From the NCBI GenBank assembly GCA_016179765.1, contig JACPCL010000036.1:13916-77915 (forward strand): a DNA stretch of 64,000 bases, in the 5' to 3' direction. Positions within the stretch are counted from its first letter, which is position 1; each line of letters begins with the position of its first letter. The stretch comes from Chloroflexota bacterium (GTDB lineage Bacteria > Chloroflexota > Dehalococcoidia > Lucifugimonadales > JACPCL1). Of the stretch, positions 62,469-64,000 are shown piece after piece. A model generated the notes under the pieces. The model saw only the letters and a program-made list of their open reading frames with translations. It was not told the origin of the DNA and ran no database searches. Made by a program: the position numbers and the translations under genes.

Positions 62469-63986
62469 TTAGATCACGGCCTTTTTCAGCCATCCATCCC
62501 CCAGGAAATAGGGCACAAAAGCCAGGGCGCGGATGAGCATGGCGATGGTGATGGCCCAGGCGATGCCGAACTGGCCCCAATGGGCAATGGTAGGGAAGGT
62601 CACGGTAAGGCCAAAGAGGCCGACCGGAATGGGGGTTCCCGTCAGCATGAGGGCGAGAGGCACCTCAATGATCCAGAAGCTCACGAGGCTCACCACCATG
62701 GGTATGAGGGTGGCCCCAGCCGTGTTAAAGGACTGGGCGAAGACCTGCCCGGCGCCCAAGCAAAAGACGCTCAGGGCCAGGATTCGGAGCCAGTCCACTC
62801 CGAGAGGAATGAGCTCCGGGTCCCGCGTAAAGGCTCTGACCACCCATGGGGCGAAGATGATGAGGAGCAGCGTAAGGGCGCCAGCGAGAGCTATGACGTA
62901 GCCCAAAGCCCACAGCACCGTCTTGCGAGCGCGGTCGGGGCTGCCAGCCCCGAGGTTCTGTCCGACGAGCACGCCGGAAGCCTGGCCCAGCCCGCCGCCG
63001 CCAAGCTGGGCCAGGCTCTCCGCCCGGCGAGTGAGGGCAAAGGCGGCCAGGGCCAGGGTGCCGAAGTGGGCCACCAAGGCTACGAGCACGAGCTGGGCCG
63101 TAGAGCGTTCCATGCCCGTCACCGAGGCGGGAAAGCCAATCTTGATGATGCGCCACAGGATGGGCAGGTCTGGCCGATAGCCTCGGAGGGTCAGGTGCAA
63201 ACGCGAGCTGCCCCGGAAAAGCACCGCGAAGTTCCATGTTGACCCTCCAAACTGGGCGATGACATCGGCCAGGGCAGCGCCAGCAATGCCCATCTCCGGG
63301 AAGAACAACCAGCCGAAGATGAGGAAGGGCGAAAGGACGATGTGGGTGACCCGGGTCAGGGTGGTGGCCTTCATGGGGGTGATGGCATCGCCGGCGGCCT
63401 GAAGAGCCGCACCGCCCATCTGCCGGAAGGAAACACCGATGACGCTGAGGAATTGGATACGCAAATAAAGGGATGCGCTATCAATGATGTCCTGGCCCAG
63501 GCCAAGGAGTTGCATAAGTGGGACGGCGAAGATTGCGCCGGACAAACCTATGATGAGGGAAAAACCGCCGCTGAGCGTAAAACCTTGGAGGGCAAGGTGG
63601 TTGGCGAGGCGGGCGTCCTTGGCTCCGATGGCCCGGGCGACCTGGGCCCGCATGGCCGTGTCAAAACCCATGCGCCCCGTCATGGTGAGCTGGCGGTAGG
63701 TCTGGGCGATGCCTACACCGGCGATGGCGCTGACGCTGATGATACCCGCCCAGATGAGGTCAATGATCTGGTCTACGACGTTAAGGACGCTCTCCACCAT
63801 CTGAGGCCAGGCAAGCCACCACAGGTTTCTGGGGATGCTGCCCTGGGTGAGGTCACGGCCTTTGAGGGATATTGCCCTACGTCCGGCCCCTCTTTGAGGG
63901 ACAGCGGGAGCTTCAGCGACGGTGGAGGCGATAGCGGCGGATTGCCCCTGGTCGGGAGATGGGCCTTCAGATGCGGTAGTTGACAA
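62469..63986 (-). CDS. MATE-family efflux transporter
   Basis: 12-TM profile. N-terminal LTQGSIPRNLWWLAWPQMVESVLNVVDQIIDLIWAG is typical of NorM/DinF-type MATE. TTG start uncertain. Confidence 0.85.
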   Translation of the reverse strand: MSTTASEGPSPDQGQSAAIASTVAEAPAVPQRGAGRRAISLKGRDLTQGSIPRNLWWLAWPQMVESVLNVVDQIIDLIWAGIISVSAIAGVGIAQTYRQLTMTGRMGFDTAMRAQVARAIGAKDARLANHLALQGFTLSGGFSLIIGLSGAIFAVPLMQLLGLGQDIIDSASLYLRIQFLSVIGVSFRQMGGAALQAAGDAITPMKATTLTRVTHIVLSPFLIFGWLFFPEMGIAGAALADVIAQFGGSTWNFAVLFRGSSRLHLTLRGYRPDLPILWRIIKIGFPASVTGMERSTAQLVLVALVAHFGTLALAAFALTRRAESLAQLGGGGLGQASGVLVGQNLGAGSPDRARKTVLWALGYVIALAGALTLLLIIFAPWVVRAFTRDPELIPLGVDWLRILALSVFCLGAGQVFAQSFNTAGATLIPMVVSLVSFWIIEVPLALMLTGTPIPVGLFGLTVTFPTIAHWGQFGIAWAITIAMLIRALAFVPYFLGDGWLKKAVI

Positions 63987-64000
63987 GATAGAGAGCGCCT

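Overview
High-G+C bacterial chromosomal segment. Gene content and protein signatures look Chloroflexota-like, but that is inference only. The backbone is housekeeping: a CNNM/CorC transporter, tilS, clpC, rpsA, ftsZ, rsmH, trmD, glnA, pncB, radA, nfo, the nusA-ylxR-infB-rbfA-truB operon, an acyl-CoA metabolism cluster (PrpD-like, two crotonases, acyl-CoA ligase), glxK, tRNA-Gly(UCC) and a 5S rRNA gene with no 23S next to it. Interspersed, visibly lower-G+C islets carry toxin-antitoxin modules (HicB-like pair, HTH+MazF, HigBA, a frameshifted AbrB-type antitoxin), a class II Fic protein, a type II restriction-modification pair, a nuclease-domain protein of unknown function, and secreted proteins next to a LuxR-type regulator. 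Main points worth a second look: (1) A peroxiredoxin gene (37015..37482, minus) has an in-frame TGA exactly at the peroxidatic-Cys position, followed at once by a hairpin, so it is a candidate selenoprotein; the ORF track splits it. (2) Three families of short palindromic or MITE-like repeats fill most intergenic gaps. One copy sits in frame inside glxK and another replaces the 5' end of an SDR gene. (3) Disrupted genes cluster at 31.9-38.9 kb: acsA and radA have internal deletions, and ORF6N and abrB have frameshifts. (4) tRNA-Gly ends 2 nt before the glxK ATG. (5) A C12 tract lies in a promoter spacer upstream of a secreted S1-like protease. (6) Candidate regulatory leaders precede corC, nusA and glnA. 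I recognised no CRISPR array, transposase, integrase or phage structural gene. Most long ORFs antisense to recognised genes are high-GC shadow ORFs and were rejected.
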